Virus record (IMG/VR): IMGVR_UViG_3300009506_000052
Coordinates: 1-49,003 of that record
Length of the DNA: 49,003 nt
Source: a virus
Lineage: Duplodnaviria; Caudoviricetes
Reading direction: 5' to 3' (one strand)
Shown one piece after another: positions 1 through 8,858 of the stretch. Numbering within the stretch: position 1 is the first letter of the stretch; each line of letters begins with the position of its first letter. Below the pieces are notes generated by a model. The model saw nothing but the letters and a program-made list of their open reading frames with translations. It had not been told where the DNA came from and did no database searches. A program made the translations under genes and the position numbers.

Positions 1-144
1 TTTGCCTGCCGTCGTCTGGCAAAGGGCCATGTTCTCGAAGTACGCTGGAATGGTCGGCCCCAATGCCTTTCCAACGGAAGCGGGATAACCCTTCATCGTG
101 CCGTCAGGGCGGTCCTGCCAAGAGACGTGGGCGATCACGATGAG
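1..144. repeat. Terminal direct repeat copy 1 (assembly overlap of a circular/permuted genome)
   Basis: 1-144 is identical to 48860-49003 and lies inside a gene that reads through the junction. Confidence 0.97.
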
Positions 145-654
145 ATTAGTGTTGAAGTCTGCGGAGGTCATTAAGGCAAGTGTGCCTTCGACCGCCTGTT
201 GCGCTGTGTAGAACCACTGGCGCGGGTCCTTGGCGCTTGGGTTCATGGACTTGGCCCAATTAAAAGCGCCGTCGGACATAAAGGTTAGGGAGTCCACGAC
301 GAGGATGTGCTCCGGCCCCCATGTTCTCGGGATCGTGCCGTCAGACCATTTGTCCAAGAGGGCAAGGCCCTTAGTGAAGGACTGTGGTATGCCATCAAGG
401 ATCGGACCGAGGGCAGAGGCCTTGAGTTTATCCCGGAGCGGCTCGTAGTCGATGTTCTTGAGCATCTCCGGCGCGTCCCGCTTGACAAGGATCGGCAGGA
501 TACCGCCTGCAATCTTGTTGTCGAAGTCGAGAATGTGGACCTTATAACCAGCCTTGACGAGGCTGGCTATCGCTCCGGTCTTGCCGGTGCCGGAGTCACC
601 GATCAGGAGAAGCTTGACGATTGTGCTGGCGTTGGCGCCTTCAAGGGAGGGCAT
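1..654 (-). CDS. AAA ATPase, Sak4/AAA_24-like recombinase, 5' part (continues across the junction to 48737; ~258 aa in total)
   Basis: Own translation from ATG 654: MPSLEGANASTIVKLLLIGDSGTGKTG (Walker A), ILDFD, VVDSLT (Walker B), LIVIAH; joins ORF 48737-48997. Confidence 0.85.
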   Translation of the reverse strand, partial: MPSLEGANASTIVKLLLIGDSGTGKTGAIASLVKAGYKVHILDFDNKIAGGILPILVKRDAPEMLKNIDYEPLRDKLKASALGPILDGIPQSFTKGLALLDKWSDGTIPRTWGPEHILVVDSLTFMSDGAFNWAKSMNPSAKDPRQWFYTAQQAVEGTLALMTSADFNTNLIVIAHVSWQDRPDGTMKGYPASVGKALGPTIPAYFENMALCQTTAGK

Positions 655-838
655 CTGGACGATCCTCTTCAAATTCGAGAATTAAGCGGGCTGTGCCCGA
701 TGGCTTTGGCTCATCTGATTGTGGTCCGTATGGTAGCATGACAAAAACATCATTTACCTCTACTCCAACGAACCATATGGCGTCTCTTAGAAAGGTAGAT
801 GGAGTAAGATATTTTTTGACAAGTCGAACTGTTTTCAT
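641..838 (-). CDS. hypothetical protein (65 aa)
   Basis: ATGA overlap with the nuclease stop at 835-838; fills the gap before the ATPase. Confidence 0.55.
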   Translation of the reverse strand: MKTVRLVKKYLTPSTFLRDAIWFVGVEVNDVFVMLPYGPQSDEPKPSGTARLILEFEEDRPDALP

Positions 839-1818
839 CTCGGCACCAGCGGGTTCCACTGTTTCTGATAGAAGTCCGACTCGAGGAACTTCTGGCGCAC
901 CGCCGGGTCTTTCGAGCAGACCTTGCGGAATGGACAGCCCCCGTACTTGTGGCAGGACTTGTCGTTCATTGGGTAGTATCCTGCGGTGGCGTACTGTTCC
1001 GCCAGAGCGAACCATGACTTACAATCAGTGAGCCATTCTTCGATCTGTGCGTCGGTGCGGTGGGTAAAGCCGCGAGAGAAACGGCTGAAACCTACAGCGA
1101 TCTGCGCCGCGTCGATAATAACGCCTTTGACTGGCGTTTGATAAATGACTTTAGCAGCCAAAGTGTATAGGGACATTTGATTGTCTGGATCGTATTGGTC
1201 AAAGTAATTCGAGGCGATTGTCGAGGAACTCGTCTTACGATCCATGACATAAGTGCCACCTGTGAAATTAACGACCCGGTCCAGATGGCCGCAGAGAATG
1301 TAGGGTTGCATTGATCTGCTTGGCAGCACCTCTGTCGGCTTGCCGTTATCAAGATGAGTCATCTTTGATCCTGGCCCCCAATCCAGTTCCAGCTTGAACG
1401 ACAGCTCAACCGCGGGCTTGCCGTCGGCCAGTATGACCGTCTGCGCGGGGTCGTCCTTGAAGTGGTCAATGTACCAGATCAAAGTGCGAATAAGGGTTTC
1501 GCGGGTCTTGTTGCTGTTATCGGTGGTCCAAGGCCCGGCCTTTTCAACGTCTCGTATCCAAGTCCACTCGAGCGCGCCAGCAACTACGAGGTCAAGCGCC
1601 TCTTCGTGATCTTTTCCTTGGGCACGGAGTTTGTCGTACAGTTCGAGGCCGGAATGATACCACGCTCCGAAATCGAGATGAACGCTCTCGCTTTTGGTGC
1701 GGTAGCCTAGAACCATTGAGTAATAATACTTCCGCGGGCACTCCTTGAGCCAGCCGAGGGACGTAGAGTCCCATGCGTACTGGATTGTGGTGCCGGGAAG
1801 GAAGGGGGACGAGTCCAT
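835..1818 (-). CDS. PD-(D/E)XK exonuclease, RecB/Cas4-like
   Basis: ECPRKYYY near the N-terminus, G..H, GHLDRV...VMDRKT, QMSLY, C-terminal C-x5-CPF-x3-C. Confidence 0.88.
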   Translation of the reverse strand: MDSSPFLPGTTIQYAWDSTSLGWLKECPRKYYYSMVLGYRTKSESVHLDFGAWYHSGLELYDKLRAQGKDHEEALDLVVAGALEWTWIRDVEKAGPWTTDNSNKTRETLIRTLIWYIDHFKDDPAQTVILADGKPAVELSFKLELDWGPGSKMTHLDNGKPTEVLPSRSMQPYILCGHLDRVVNFTGGTYVMDRKTSSSTIASNYFDQYDPDNQMSLYTLAAKVIYQTPVKGVIIDAAQIAVGFSRFSRGFTHRTDAQIEEWLTDCKSWFALAEQYATAGYYPMNDKSCHKYGGCPFRKVCSKDPAVRQKFLESDFYQKQWNPLVPR

Positions 1819-1829
1819 TCCTTTTCTCC

Positions 1830-2024
1830 TTATATATCGCCAAGAATATCATCGAGATTGGTGATCTTCGGTGTTTCCGCTTTGACCTTCTTGGTCGAAC
1901 CGGCGCTCTTAACACCGAGGTTGAACTGTGCCCGCGCCTCGCGGTAGCGTGCGATGATGGCGGCGCGGTCCTCTTTTGTCAGTTTGAGTGGGTCTTCTGC
2001 GAAAAGTCTGGCTATGTCGCTCAT
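1830..2024 (-). CDS. hypothetical protein (64 aa)
   Basis: ORF with GGAGG RBS and TAATG coupling. Confidence 0.75.
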   Translation of the reverse strand: MSDIARLFAEDPLKLTKEDRAAIIARYREARAQFNLGVKSAGSTKKVKAETPKITNLDDILGDI

Positions 2025-2224
2025 TAGTCCTCCAGTGGCAGTTCGATCTGTTGCGGGGCTCGCTGTGCAACAGTTTCATCGACTCGTTTGAGATGGCCCA
2101 TGACCAGCTCTCGAATAACCTTCCCGGCACCGAGCCGCCCATGAAGGGAGCGGAGGCGCTCGAAATCACCCTCTCGAAGGTTCAGCGTCACCTTCTGGAG
2201 AGGGTATGTTTCCTTGCGGCGCAT
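2024..2224 (-). CDS. small putative ribbon-helix-helix DNA-binding protein
   Basis: KVTLNL strand followed by two helices; GAGG RBS. Confidence 0.55.
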   Translation of the reverse strand: MRRKETYPLQKVTLNLREGDFERLRSLHGRLGAGKVIRELVMGHLKRVDETVAQRAPQQIELPLED

Positions 2225-2426
2225 TGTTCTTCCTCTTTACAAGCCAAAGGTCCTGGCCTGGGTTCGTCGGCGAGGTCTGGATCGAGATCGACTCCAGGTC
2301 AGGATCATTGAGACTCTTCCGCATAGCATAGAGCCGCTGTCGTGTGAGGTCGGGATTATCAGTTTGAATAATAATCCCGACCTCGGAGGCGAGGGCCTCG
2401 TACCAAATAGAGGGACTGAGGCCCAT
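2166..2426 (-). CDS. hypothetical protein (86 aa)
   Basis: ORF in operon order directly after 2431-2937. Confidence 0.65.
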   Translation of the reverse strand: MGLSPSIWYEALASEVGIIIQTDNPDLTRQRLYAMRKSLNDPDLESISIQTSPTNPGQDLWLVKRKNNAPQGNIPSPEGDAEPSRG

Positions 2427-2430
2427 ACGC

Positions 2431-2937
2431 TTACGCCGCGTCGGCCTGCTTCAACGGCAGGCCAGTGACGAGATCGGAGAGGTCGTCGGCCGCAGCCGCC
2501 TGCGCCTCTTCGACACGCTGCTTCGCGAGAGTCATAATCCGATCGTCGCGAGCGATGAGCTTCTTCGCGGCCTCGGTGATGGCCGAGCCCTCGACGGTCG
2601 AAATCTTGACGCCCTTCTTCTTGAGCGCGGCGCGGATTTGACCCTTCGCAATGCTCATGGCCTCGGACAGAACCGGATCGCGAGGAGCACCGCCGCCGCC
2701 GATGCGCAAGCCGAACTGATACGCTTCGGCATAGTCGTTGAAGTCGGCCTGCATCAGCTCCATATCGAACGTCCCCGCCTCTTTCGCGTCCTTCACCTTC
2801 TTGGCGAAGTTGTTGCGGAGGTTCTCGTGGTAGGTCTGATTGAGTGCCGACGCTTCACCAGCGGTAAGCTCGTGACCTTCCTCGTAACGGACGGGCGCTG
2901 TAAAAACTTCGCCCGCAATAGTGATGGACTCAGCCAT
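2431..2937 (-). CDS. hypothetical protein (168 aa), paralog of 9559-9996
   Basis: AAAGGA RBS; C-terminal half aligns by eye with 9559-9996. Confidence 0.85.
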   Translation of the reverse strand: MAESITIAGEVFTAPVRYEEGHELTAGEASALNQTYHENLRNNFAKKVKDAKEAGTFDMELMQADFNDYAEAYQFGLRIGGGGAPRDPVLSEAMSIAKGQIRAALKKKGVKISTVEGSAITEAAKKLIARDDRIMTLAKQRVEEAQAAAADDLSDLVTGLPLKQADAA

Positions 2938-2984
2938 TTCGTTTTCCTTTCGGGTTTGATCGGGCGGGAATGTTGCCCAACATT

Positions 2985-3013
2985 ATTCGATCATTATCCG
3001 GTGCCATTGTCAA
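2985..3013 (-). promoter_or_regulatory. putative sigma70 promoter
   Basis: TTGACA-17 nt-TCGAAT in an intergenic gap; the -10 is degenerate. Confidence 0.5.
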
Positions 3014-3068
3014 CCATTATTTTTGCGTCTGACCAACTTTTTTCAGCGCCCGGTAATGACCGCAACGG

Positions 3069-3368
3069 TCAGATAATCTCCACTGTAATATCGTCCGGTT
3101 TCAGCGGGACGATGGTGACAACTTTGTCCTCCCGAGACAGTGATAGAACGTCATAGACGCTCCGGCCATGAAGGGTACTCGCAGGCTCGGGATAAATCTT
3201 GAGGTTTTCCTTGCGATCGAGAAGGCGGAAGGAATTGCAGCGACCGACGAAGCGGTGCGCCTCTTTCGAGGATTTGAATGAGACTCGGACGCCATAGACA
3301 CTGTTAAGCGCTTTCTCGAAAGCGTCCTTTACGTCAGGGTATGCGAGGAGGCTGGTGCTATTTGGCAT
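3069..3368 (-). CDS. hypothetical protein (99 aa)
   Basis: ORF overlapping the helicase stop. Confidence 0.7.
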   Translation of the reverse strand: MPNSTSLLAYPDVKDAFEKALNSVYGVRVSFKSSKEAHRFVGRCNSFRLLDRKENLKIYPEPASTLHGRSVYDVLSLSREDKVVTIVPLKPDDITVEII

Positions 3369-4881
3369 CGAAGCCTTCCATTGTTACGAAGAAGAGGTCA
3401 CGCTTGGCTCTTGTTTCGACGACGTATCTGACGTTGAGTTCTTGCTCTTGTTCTTCTTCCGATGCGGCGTAGGGAGAGGGGATTCTCCACGGATCAAGAT
3501 GGTACACGGTATCCCACTCGAGACCCTTCGCCTTATGCCCAGATAGAAGCTGTACAGATCCTGTCGTCTTGAATAGGTGCTCGGCATATGCGACAGCTTC
3601 TCCCAAAGTATTTCCGAAAGATGAAAACACTCTGAGACACTCAGCTTTATCCCTAATAGTTCCCTGCGAACGAGCGTTTCGGGACTTCTCTTGTTCCCAG
3701 CGCGCAATACCATTGAGGACCTCCTTCTGTGTCATTGTCTCGGGGCCGAGCTTCTTCATTGTCTTAATGAGTCGAGGACCAATATCGAAGCCAACAAGAG
3801 TGACGCCCCTACTGCGTCGGAGAAGCTTAAATGCAAGAGAAAAGAGAGGAGCATTGTTCCGACAGATGATAGCAGCACCATCTGGAATATCCGTTTCATC
3901 CCAGGCCTCCAGTGTGGTGATGCTGCCGGGAATGGCCGTCGAGGCCCACTGCATATGTGGTGCGCGGAAGCGGGCGTTCTTGACAATCTCGATCGGGCAG
4001 CGGAAGCTGACGCTTAGGCCCATCTCCTTCATTTTAAAGTGGTCTTTGAGACTCGCCATTCCATTAGCCACGGCTCCGCGAAAACCGTAAATGCTTTGCC
4101 AAGGGTCGCCCACCGCAATGAGACGCCCTTTTGCGAGTTTCTTGAGCATCTCATGATTAAGACTCGATAGGTCTTGGGCTTCATCGACCATGACAGTTGG
4201 AAACTGCGGAAATGTTCCTCCGAACAATGTGGACATATAAATCTGATCGTCAAAGTCAATAAGGCCCTTGTATGCCCTTTTGATCCCTTCCGTGAGAACC
4301 TCATCGACGAGTTCTTTTTGGAATGAGTTAATCTCGTCTTCCGAGTCGTCCTCTTGAAAAGACCAGAACGCTTCGTTTGTGACCAGCCGCTTGGCATGAG
4401 GCATGATGCCGTCTGGAATGTAGCCAGCCGATTTAGCTCTCGCGACAATTCTGAGGGTGTCAGAGAAGATTTCGTAAGCGCCCGACCTGTCTGCACGGGG
4501 GAGGTCATCGACAATCTCCTTCAAGATGTTGTAGGATTTCTTGGTCTCGAGAGTCAGTCGGGACGAACAGGCTGAGGCCCAGACTCGATGGCCGACGCTG
4601 TTAAGCGTTTGGCACTTAACATGGCCGGGCAACCGCTTGGTCATCTCCTCTGCGATGCGTTTATTGAACGCAAGAGAAAGGATCGGGTGGACCGGCAGAT
4701 ACTTGCAAAGGAATTGAAGGGTGCTGGTCTTGGCCGCCCCTGCGAGAGCATTGATAAGAATGTTGTCCTGGGACGAGCGGGCGAAGTCGATGATGGCCTC
4801 TTGCTCGGGCGTGGCAATCAGGCCGTTTAGGGTGTATTTTGCTGTGGCGATTTCGTCAACGACACTATCGAGGTTAGTCAT
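3358..4881 (-). CDS. UvrD/Rep-like superfamily 1 helicase
   Basis: ALAGAAKT (Walker A variant), LAFNK, VDEAQD, VGDPWQSIYGFRGA, SFRCP, HKAKGLEW, YVVETRAK. Confidence 0.92.
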   Translation of the reverse strand: MTNLDSVVDEIATAKYTLNGLIATPEQEAIIDFARSSQDNILINALAGAAKTSTLQFLCKYLPVHPILSLAFNKRIAEEMTKRLPGHVKCQTLNSVGHRVWASACSSRLTLETKKSYNILKEIVDDLPRADRSGAYEIFSDTLRIVARAKSAGYIPDGIMPHAKRLVTNEAFWSFQEDDSEDEINSFQKELVDEVLTEGIKRAYKGLIDFDDQIYMSTLFGGTFPQFPTVMVDEAQDLSSLNHEMLKKLAKGRLIAVGDPWQSIYGFRGAVANGMASLKDHFKMKEMGLSVSFRCPIEIVKNARFRAPHMQWASTAIPGSITTLEAWDETDIPDGAAIICRNNAPLFSLAFKLLRRSRGVTLVGFDIGPRLIKTMKKLGPETMTQKEVLNGIARWEQEKSRNARSQGTIRDKAECLRVFSSFGNTLGEAVAYAEHLFKTTGSVQLLSGHKAKGLEWDTVYHLDPWRIPSPYAASEEEQEQELNVRYVVETRAKRDLFFVTMEGFDAK

Positions 4882-5032
4882 GGTGGCTCCTTAGGTTGGC
4901 GTATGACTGCTTCTGTTTTCGCGGATATGGCGGTGGCGAAATTATAGACCACCCGAACGGCAAAGAATGGCCCACCCAAAAATCATATTCGATCCAAGTA
5001 AGAGTTTCGGCATGATCGAATTTCCATATCAT
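4874..5032 (-). CDS. hypothetical protein (52 aa, MIWKFDHAETLTWIEYDFW...)
   Basis: Own translation; AGGAG RBS; fills the gap. Confidence 0.5.
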   Translation of the reverse strand: MIWKFDHAETLTWIEYDFWVGHSLPFGWSIISPPPYPRKQKQSYANLRSHHD

Positions 5033-5046
5033 TGCCACGCTCCTAT

Positions 5047-5373
5047 CTATAAATCGTTCTCAGAGGGCGCTGGCGGCAGCCCGGAATGAGTCGGCCCATG
5101 TTCTGATAATTCCCAATTACCGTAGATGTGACGCTCCGCGCTTCCGAATGTCCCATCCTTGCGCTTTGGATTACCGACTATCCACGCTTTTGACCATGAC
5201 GGATCAATTGCCACAACTCGATATTGATTGCCAGCATAGCGGCCAGTCCCGTTTACAATATCACCGGGGCTAACGCCGATTGCAGATATTTTTGCTGTCC
5301 GCAAACGGTCCTCAGCGGCGTGTAACTCTATACGGAGTCGGTCAACCTCTTTCTCTAGGGCTAGTATGTCCAT
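5047..5373 (-). CDS. hypothetical protein (108 aa)
   Basis: GGGAG RBS; coiled-coil N-terminus followed by beta-rich part. Confidence 0.75.
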   Translation of the reverse strand: MDILALEKEVDRLRIELHAAEDRLRTAKISAIGVSPGDIVNGTGRYAGNQYRVVAIDPSWSKAWIVGNPKRKDGTFGSAERHIYGNWELSEHGPTHSGLPPAPSENDL

Positions 5374-5439
5374 AACGCTCCCTTTTTATAAACCATCAGG
5401 TGAGCCGCCGCGTAATCCAATCTCACGAGAGGATCGCTC

Positions 5440-5634
5440 TCACCGCTGCGGATGAGAGTTTAGAGTCACGGCGGCTCGCTTCATGGTTCCTTGTGTGCGC
5501 GTTCGTTTCTTTTGCTTTTTGCGTGGCTGCTTTTCTGGCGGCGGCTCAACCCCGGAACAAGCCTTGGCTTCATCCCAACTAAAACATTCTTCCCATTGCG
5601 GTGCCCATTCGTGGCAGTAAGAGCACATTCCCAT
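5440..5634 (-). CDS. hypothetical protein with CxxC (64 aa)
   Basis: GGGAG RBS; CSYC. Confidence 0.5.
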   Translation of the reverse strand: MGMCSYCHEWAPQWEECFSWDEAKACSGVEPPPEKQPRKKQKKRTRTQGTMKRAAVTLNSHPQR

Positions 5635-5645
5635 TTTGTCGCTCC

Positions 5646-5975
5646 CTATTGTTGATCGGTTTTCTTGAGTGCGCGGATGGCGTCGATAGCTGCTTGATAC
5701 GGGTCAAGTGGAGCGCTTCCTTGATAGGTTGCGGCAAGTTTAAGCTTTTCTATGCGTTCGACTGCGGCATCGAGGCCGTCGTTGAAGGTGCCTCGCTTTA
5801 ACAGTTCGACAGAATCGTGATCTATGATTTCCGCGAGTCGCTTTTCCCTTTCGGTAATTAGGAATGGCGCGGCGGCTTTGAGGGCACGTTCCGCAATTAC
5901 AATTGAAGGCTCTCCACAAGCCTTAGCTACTTCAGTATCCGCTGCCTCGATTGCTTCCTTGGGGATTTCGCTCAT
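5646..5975 (-). CDS. hypothetical protein (109 aa)
   Basis: GAGGAGG RBS; ATGA overlap. Confidence 0.75.
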   Translation of the reverse strand: MSEIPKEAIEAADTEVAKACGEPSIVIAERALKAAAPFLITEREKRLAEIIDHDSVELLKRGTFNDGLDAAVERIEKLKLAATYQGSAPLDPYQAAIDAIRALKKTDQQ

Positions 5976-6169
5976 TGCATCCTCCTCATAGCCAGTTTGG
6001 TGACTCGATCGAGAATTAGCTTAAACATCTCGCTGACGCCGAGCCAGCCCTGCGCGTGGAGTTTGTCCTCGTCGCGCGATAGGTGGCCGAGAGTCGCGGC
6101 GTTTTCCTGTGCCTTACGAATGTGCTCGGTGAGTTCGGCGAAAACCTCGCCTTTGGTCGGGACGCTCAT
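5972..6169 (-). CDS. hypothetical protein (65 aa, MSVPTKGE...)
   Basis: ATGA overlap with 6166-6450; internal start of the listed 5972-6358 ORF. Confidence 0.7.
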   Translation of the reverse strand: MSVPTKGEVFAELTEHIRKAQENAATLGHLSRDEDKLHAQGWLGVSEMFKLILDRVTKLAMRRMQ

Positions 6170-6450
6170 AATCCTAAATCCTCTAATGAAATGCCGAGTT
6201 CCTCGAGGGAAAGCTTCTTCGACTCTTTCGGCTTGTTGATAGTGTAGTGGTCGCGCAGGTCGGCGGGAAGTTCCGGCATTCGCTCGACCGGGAATAGGTT
6301 CTCGAGCGGCGCGCTCCAGTACGGATAGGCCCTGTGGCCTGACGTCGGGATAATCCACCCTTCCTCACCACCAATATCAATCTTAATCGCAACGTCAAAG
6401 GCTGCTTCACCTCGGACTTTGTGAGCGATGAGGAAGGGTGTTTCAGTCAT
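6166..6450 (-). CDS. hypothetical protein (94 aa), ends LEDLGL
   Basis: TAATG coupling. Confidence 0.75.
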   Translation of the reverse strand: MTETPFLIAHKVRGEAAFDVAIKIDIGGEEGWIIPTSGHRAYPYWSAPLENLFPVERMPELPADLRDHYTINKPKESKKLSLEELGISLEDLGL

Positions 6451-6752
6451 TACTCCACTGGCTCCTTTGACTCGACTGAGGGCAAGCAGAGCGGGGCGTG
6501 GGCCTTGTTCCAGCCGTGCCGACGCATATACTCCTCGACAACCGCGAACAGCTGGCCACCCTCACAGTGGTTGCTGCCGTAGAGCGTGCCGAGGGTGAAC
6601 TTGATCTCAACATCTCCATCATTGACACGGCCACTGGCTTTGATGTGGAAATCAAAGGTGTTCGTGTCGGTCAATACAGCAAGGCGCTCGCGAATATCCT
6701 TCACGATTGCCATTACTTGGCCCTCGAAGTTCTTGTAGCTTAATGCTGCCAT
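6450..6752 (-). CDS. hypothetical protein (100 aa, MAALSYKN...)
   Basis: AAGGAGCTGGAAATG start. Confidence 0.75.
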   Translation of the reverse strand: MAALSYKNFEGQVMAIVKDIRERLAVLTDTNTFDFHIKASGRVNDGDVEIKFTLGTLYGSNHCEGGQLFAVVEEYMRRHGWNKAHAPLCLPSVESKEPVE

Positions 6753-6762
6753 TTCCAGCTCC

Positions 6763-7236
6763 TTAGAAGTTAGGTGGACGATAAGTCGCCTCCTCGGCGA
6801 CGGCGAAGTGCTGATGCCTACGAGACGCCAACCTTGTCCCGCAAGCACCAGCACTCATTCTCGCTTGAACGTGTCCGTAGTCGCTGTTGCACCACTGACC
6901 CCCTTCGAACAGGCCGTGCCGCGCTGCTATGGCGGCGACGACTGAAGGGCGTGGTATATGACAACGGCTGTCAACGCGCCCGCGAGAAAGCTGACAAACA
7001 TCCAAGGCAAGACCCCAAGGATGCAAGTGACGTAGTGATCCGTGGCCCTTGCGATAGCCGCCCATAAAGCGGATAACCGCGCCGTGAGCCTCGAGATCGT
7101 CGATGTAGGCCTGGAACCGTGGCCCGGCGCTGGCTGCGACATTGGCCTTTGCTCCTGTCTTTTTTGACTGAACGGTGAAGGCGCTGGCAGATGTAGTCGT
7201 AAGAAGAACGGCTAAAAGTGTCAGTGTCTTTTCCAC
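6763..7236 (-). CDS. signal-peptide M15-family (VanY/Ply-like) Zn peptidase
   Basis: GTG start with GGAG RBS; signal peptide KTLTLLAVLLTTTSASA; GGYR, HxHxWGLALD and DYGHVQ motifs. Confidence 0.72.
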   Translation of the reverse strand: MEKTLTLLAVLLTTTSASAFTVQSKKTGAKANVAASAGPRFQAYIDDLEAHGAVIRFMGGYRKGHGSLRHLHPWGLALDVCQLSRGRVDSRCHIPRPSVVAAIAARHGLFEGGQWCNSDYGHVQARMSAGACGTRLASRRHQHFAVAEEATYRPPNF

Positions 7237-7267
7237 TGTGAGTCTCCGTTGCTGTGGTTTCCGGCCC

Positions 7268-7510
7268 CTAGTCGAACGCGAACTGGCGCCACGTTTGCGC
7301 CTCGTAATCGTACATCTTGCCACTGTCGATCGCTTGGTTATTGATGAACAGTGGCAGCATCTGGCGGTGCCGACAAGTCTTGCGGATGCCTGCCGGGCAC
7401 GAACAGTTCTCAAGGCTTACGTCATAAGTGACCTCTGGATTGAGGTCGTCGTCGAACTTGGTTATGGCGTAAGTGTTCTCGGGGGTGGTCTTGACGTTGT
7501 AGAGGCTCAT
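7268..7510 (-). CDS. SWIM zinc-finger protein
   Basis: YDV...CSCPA-x5-CRH. Confidence 0.7.
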   Translation of the reverse strand: MSLYNVKTTPENTYAITKFDDDLNPEVTYDVSLENCSCPAGIRKTCRHRQMLPLFINNQAIDSGKMYDYEAQTWRQFAFD

Positions 7511-7596
7511 ATGAACACCGCCAGAATATAGACCCAAATGCCTGTCGCCGCGACTACGCAAGCGAATAAGGCGGCGGAGAGTTCCTCGTCAGTCAT
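7507..7596 (-). CDS. 29-aa single-pass membrane peptide (MTDEELSAALFACVVAATGIWVYILAVFI)
   Basis: Own translation; TAATG and ATGA coupling on both sides. Confidence 0.55.
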   Translation of the reverse strand: MTDEELSAALFACVVAATGIWVYILAVFI

Positions 7597-7823
7597 TACA
7601 TGATCCTCATCTTATCCCAATGATTGCGGATATCGTCATGGGCTTTGACGACCATGTACTTGAAATAATCCTGACTCTCGAGGACCGTTTCGCCCTTGCG
7701 ACAGGCGGCAATCATGAGAAGCAAAACTGCAAGAGACGCGAGCGCGTCCGTGTTCTGCAGTGATTTTGGGATGCTGTGCGCCAGTGTAACACAGTCATCT
7801 TCGCTTAACTGCTTATACGTCAT
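7596..7823 (-). CDS. hypothetical protein (75 aa)
   Basis: AGGAGTCGGAAAAATG start. Confidence 0.7.
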   Translation of the reverse strand: MTYKQLSEDDCVTLAHSIPKSLQNTDALASLAVLLLMIAACRKGETVLESQDYFKYMVVKAHDDIRNHWDKMRIM

Positions 7824-8020
7824 TTTTCCGACTCCTGAGTTGAATGCGCGAACTCACTGCCAAGGCCATACATTAGACGCTTGGCAACAATGAAGAAACC
7901 GTTACTCAATTCAATAACGGTTTCTTGGTCGTTCTCGGCAGCGGGCCGCAGCTGCACAATATGCTGAGGATTGATGCCATGCTCGCGGCCCTCGTGATCT
8001 TTCACATAGATCAGCTTCAT
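7820..8020 (-). CDS. hypothetical protein, FlbD/SwrD-like (66 aa)
   Basis: Pattern G....INPxHI......TVIELSNG..IV resembles the FlbD family. Confidence 0.5.
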   Translation of the reverse strand: MKLIYVKDHEGREHGINPQHIVQLRPAAENDQETVIELSNGFFIVAKRLMYGLGSEFAHSTQESEK

Positions 8021-8250
8021 CGGGGCAGCTCCTCGAACGGACGAGCCTCACGCGCTGAAGGCGTGCCGATGCGATCGTGCATGGCCTCGAGGGCCTGATC
8101 CACGTTCTTGAAGTGCGACCAAATGGCCTCGACCTCATGCGTGTTGCAGATGGACTGTGGCTCGTAGGTGACATACACAGGGAAACCATCGACAATCTCG
8201 AGGTCATTGTGCGTGTAGCGCTTGGTGTAAGCGCGATAGAGTGCTTCCAT
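8017..8250 (-). CDS. hypothetical protein (77 aa)
   Basis: AAGGAGCTGGAAAATG start. Confidence 0.7.
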   Translation of the reverse strand: MEALYRAYTKRYTHNDLEIVDGFPVYVTYEPQSICNTHEVEAIWSHFKNVDQALEAMHDRIGTPSAREARPFEELPR

Positions 8251-8265
8251 TTTCCAGCTCCTTAG

Positions 8266-8607
8266 TTAGAGTCCAAGTTCTTCCAAGAACGCTTCAGCCT
8301 CGGCCTTTTCGGCCTCTTTCTTATTCTTATTCTCGCGCAGCGCGCGGAGCAGTGTATTGTACTTTTTGTCGTGCTGCAGTTCCTTTTTAACGTCATATCT
8401 GGTCGGCGCGCCTTTGGTGCCGAGCCAGTTTCGATTGCGCTCGCGCGCACGGAGCGTCTCGACTACAAGCGCGATTGATTTGTCTGTAATGGGGAACGGG
8501 ACGCTGTGCTCGCGCACGCCTTCGGCGGTGCCGGGAAAGCCAAGCCACAGCGTATCACCTGCAACCCAGATGTGCGCTGCGTAATGCGGGATGGGATAGT
8601 CGCTCAT
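8266..8607 (-). CDS. hypothetical protein (113 aa), ends FLEELGL
   Basis: GGAG RBS; ATGA overlap with 8604-8819. Confidence 0.75.
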   Translation of the reverse strand: MSDYPIPHYAAHIWVAGDTLWLGFPGTAEGVREHSVPFPITDKSIALVVETLRARERNRNWLGTKGAPTRYDVKKELQHDKKYNTLLRALRENKNKKEAEKAEAEAFLEELGL

Positions 8608-8819
8608 GACAGACTCCACATCGCTGAAAAGCCACATTCGAGAATGTCTGTGAGCTTGCCACATTCTTCACATATGCCTTGCGTGAAGAAGGCATTGGGC
8701 CGCTCCATTGTCTGGCGCGTCCCGCAATGACTGCAATTCCACTTTTGGTGGACTGTCGCGCCGCGCATGATCTGGGCTTGGGCGCGCTCAGCACATTCGA
8801 GCAAGGGAATGTCTGGCAT
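8604..8819 (-). CDS. zinc-ribbon protein (71 aa)
   Basis: CSHCG and CEECG; GGAGTCGGAAAATG start. Confidence 0.72.
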   Translation of the reverse strand: MPDIPLLECAERAQAQIMRGATVHQKWNCSHCGTRQTMERPNAFFTQGICEECGKLTDILECGFSAMWSLS

Positions 8820-8858
8820 TTTCCGACTCCATTTGAGGCGCGACTCGCGCCATTGTGA

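Noticed and set aside
835-1818. CRISPR-associated Cas4
   Set aside because: No array or other cas genes; the context (Sak4-like ATPase, SSB) fits a phage recombination exonuclease
7560-7595. Hammerhead ribozyme core (CUGACGA) on the minus strand
   Set aside because: No matching GAAA and stems; the segment is explained by a coupled 29-aa ORF
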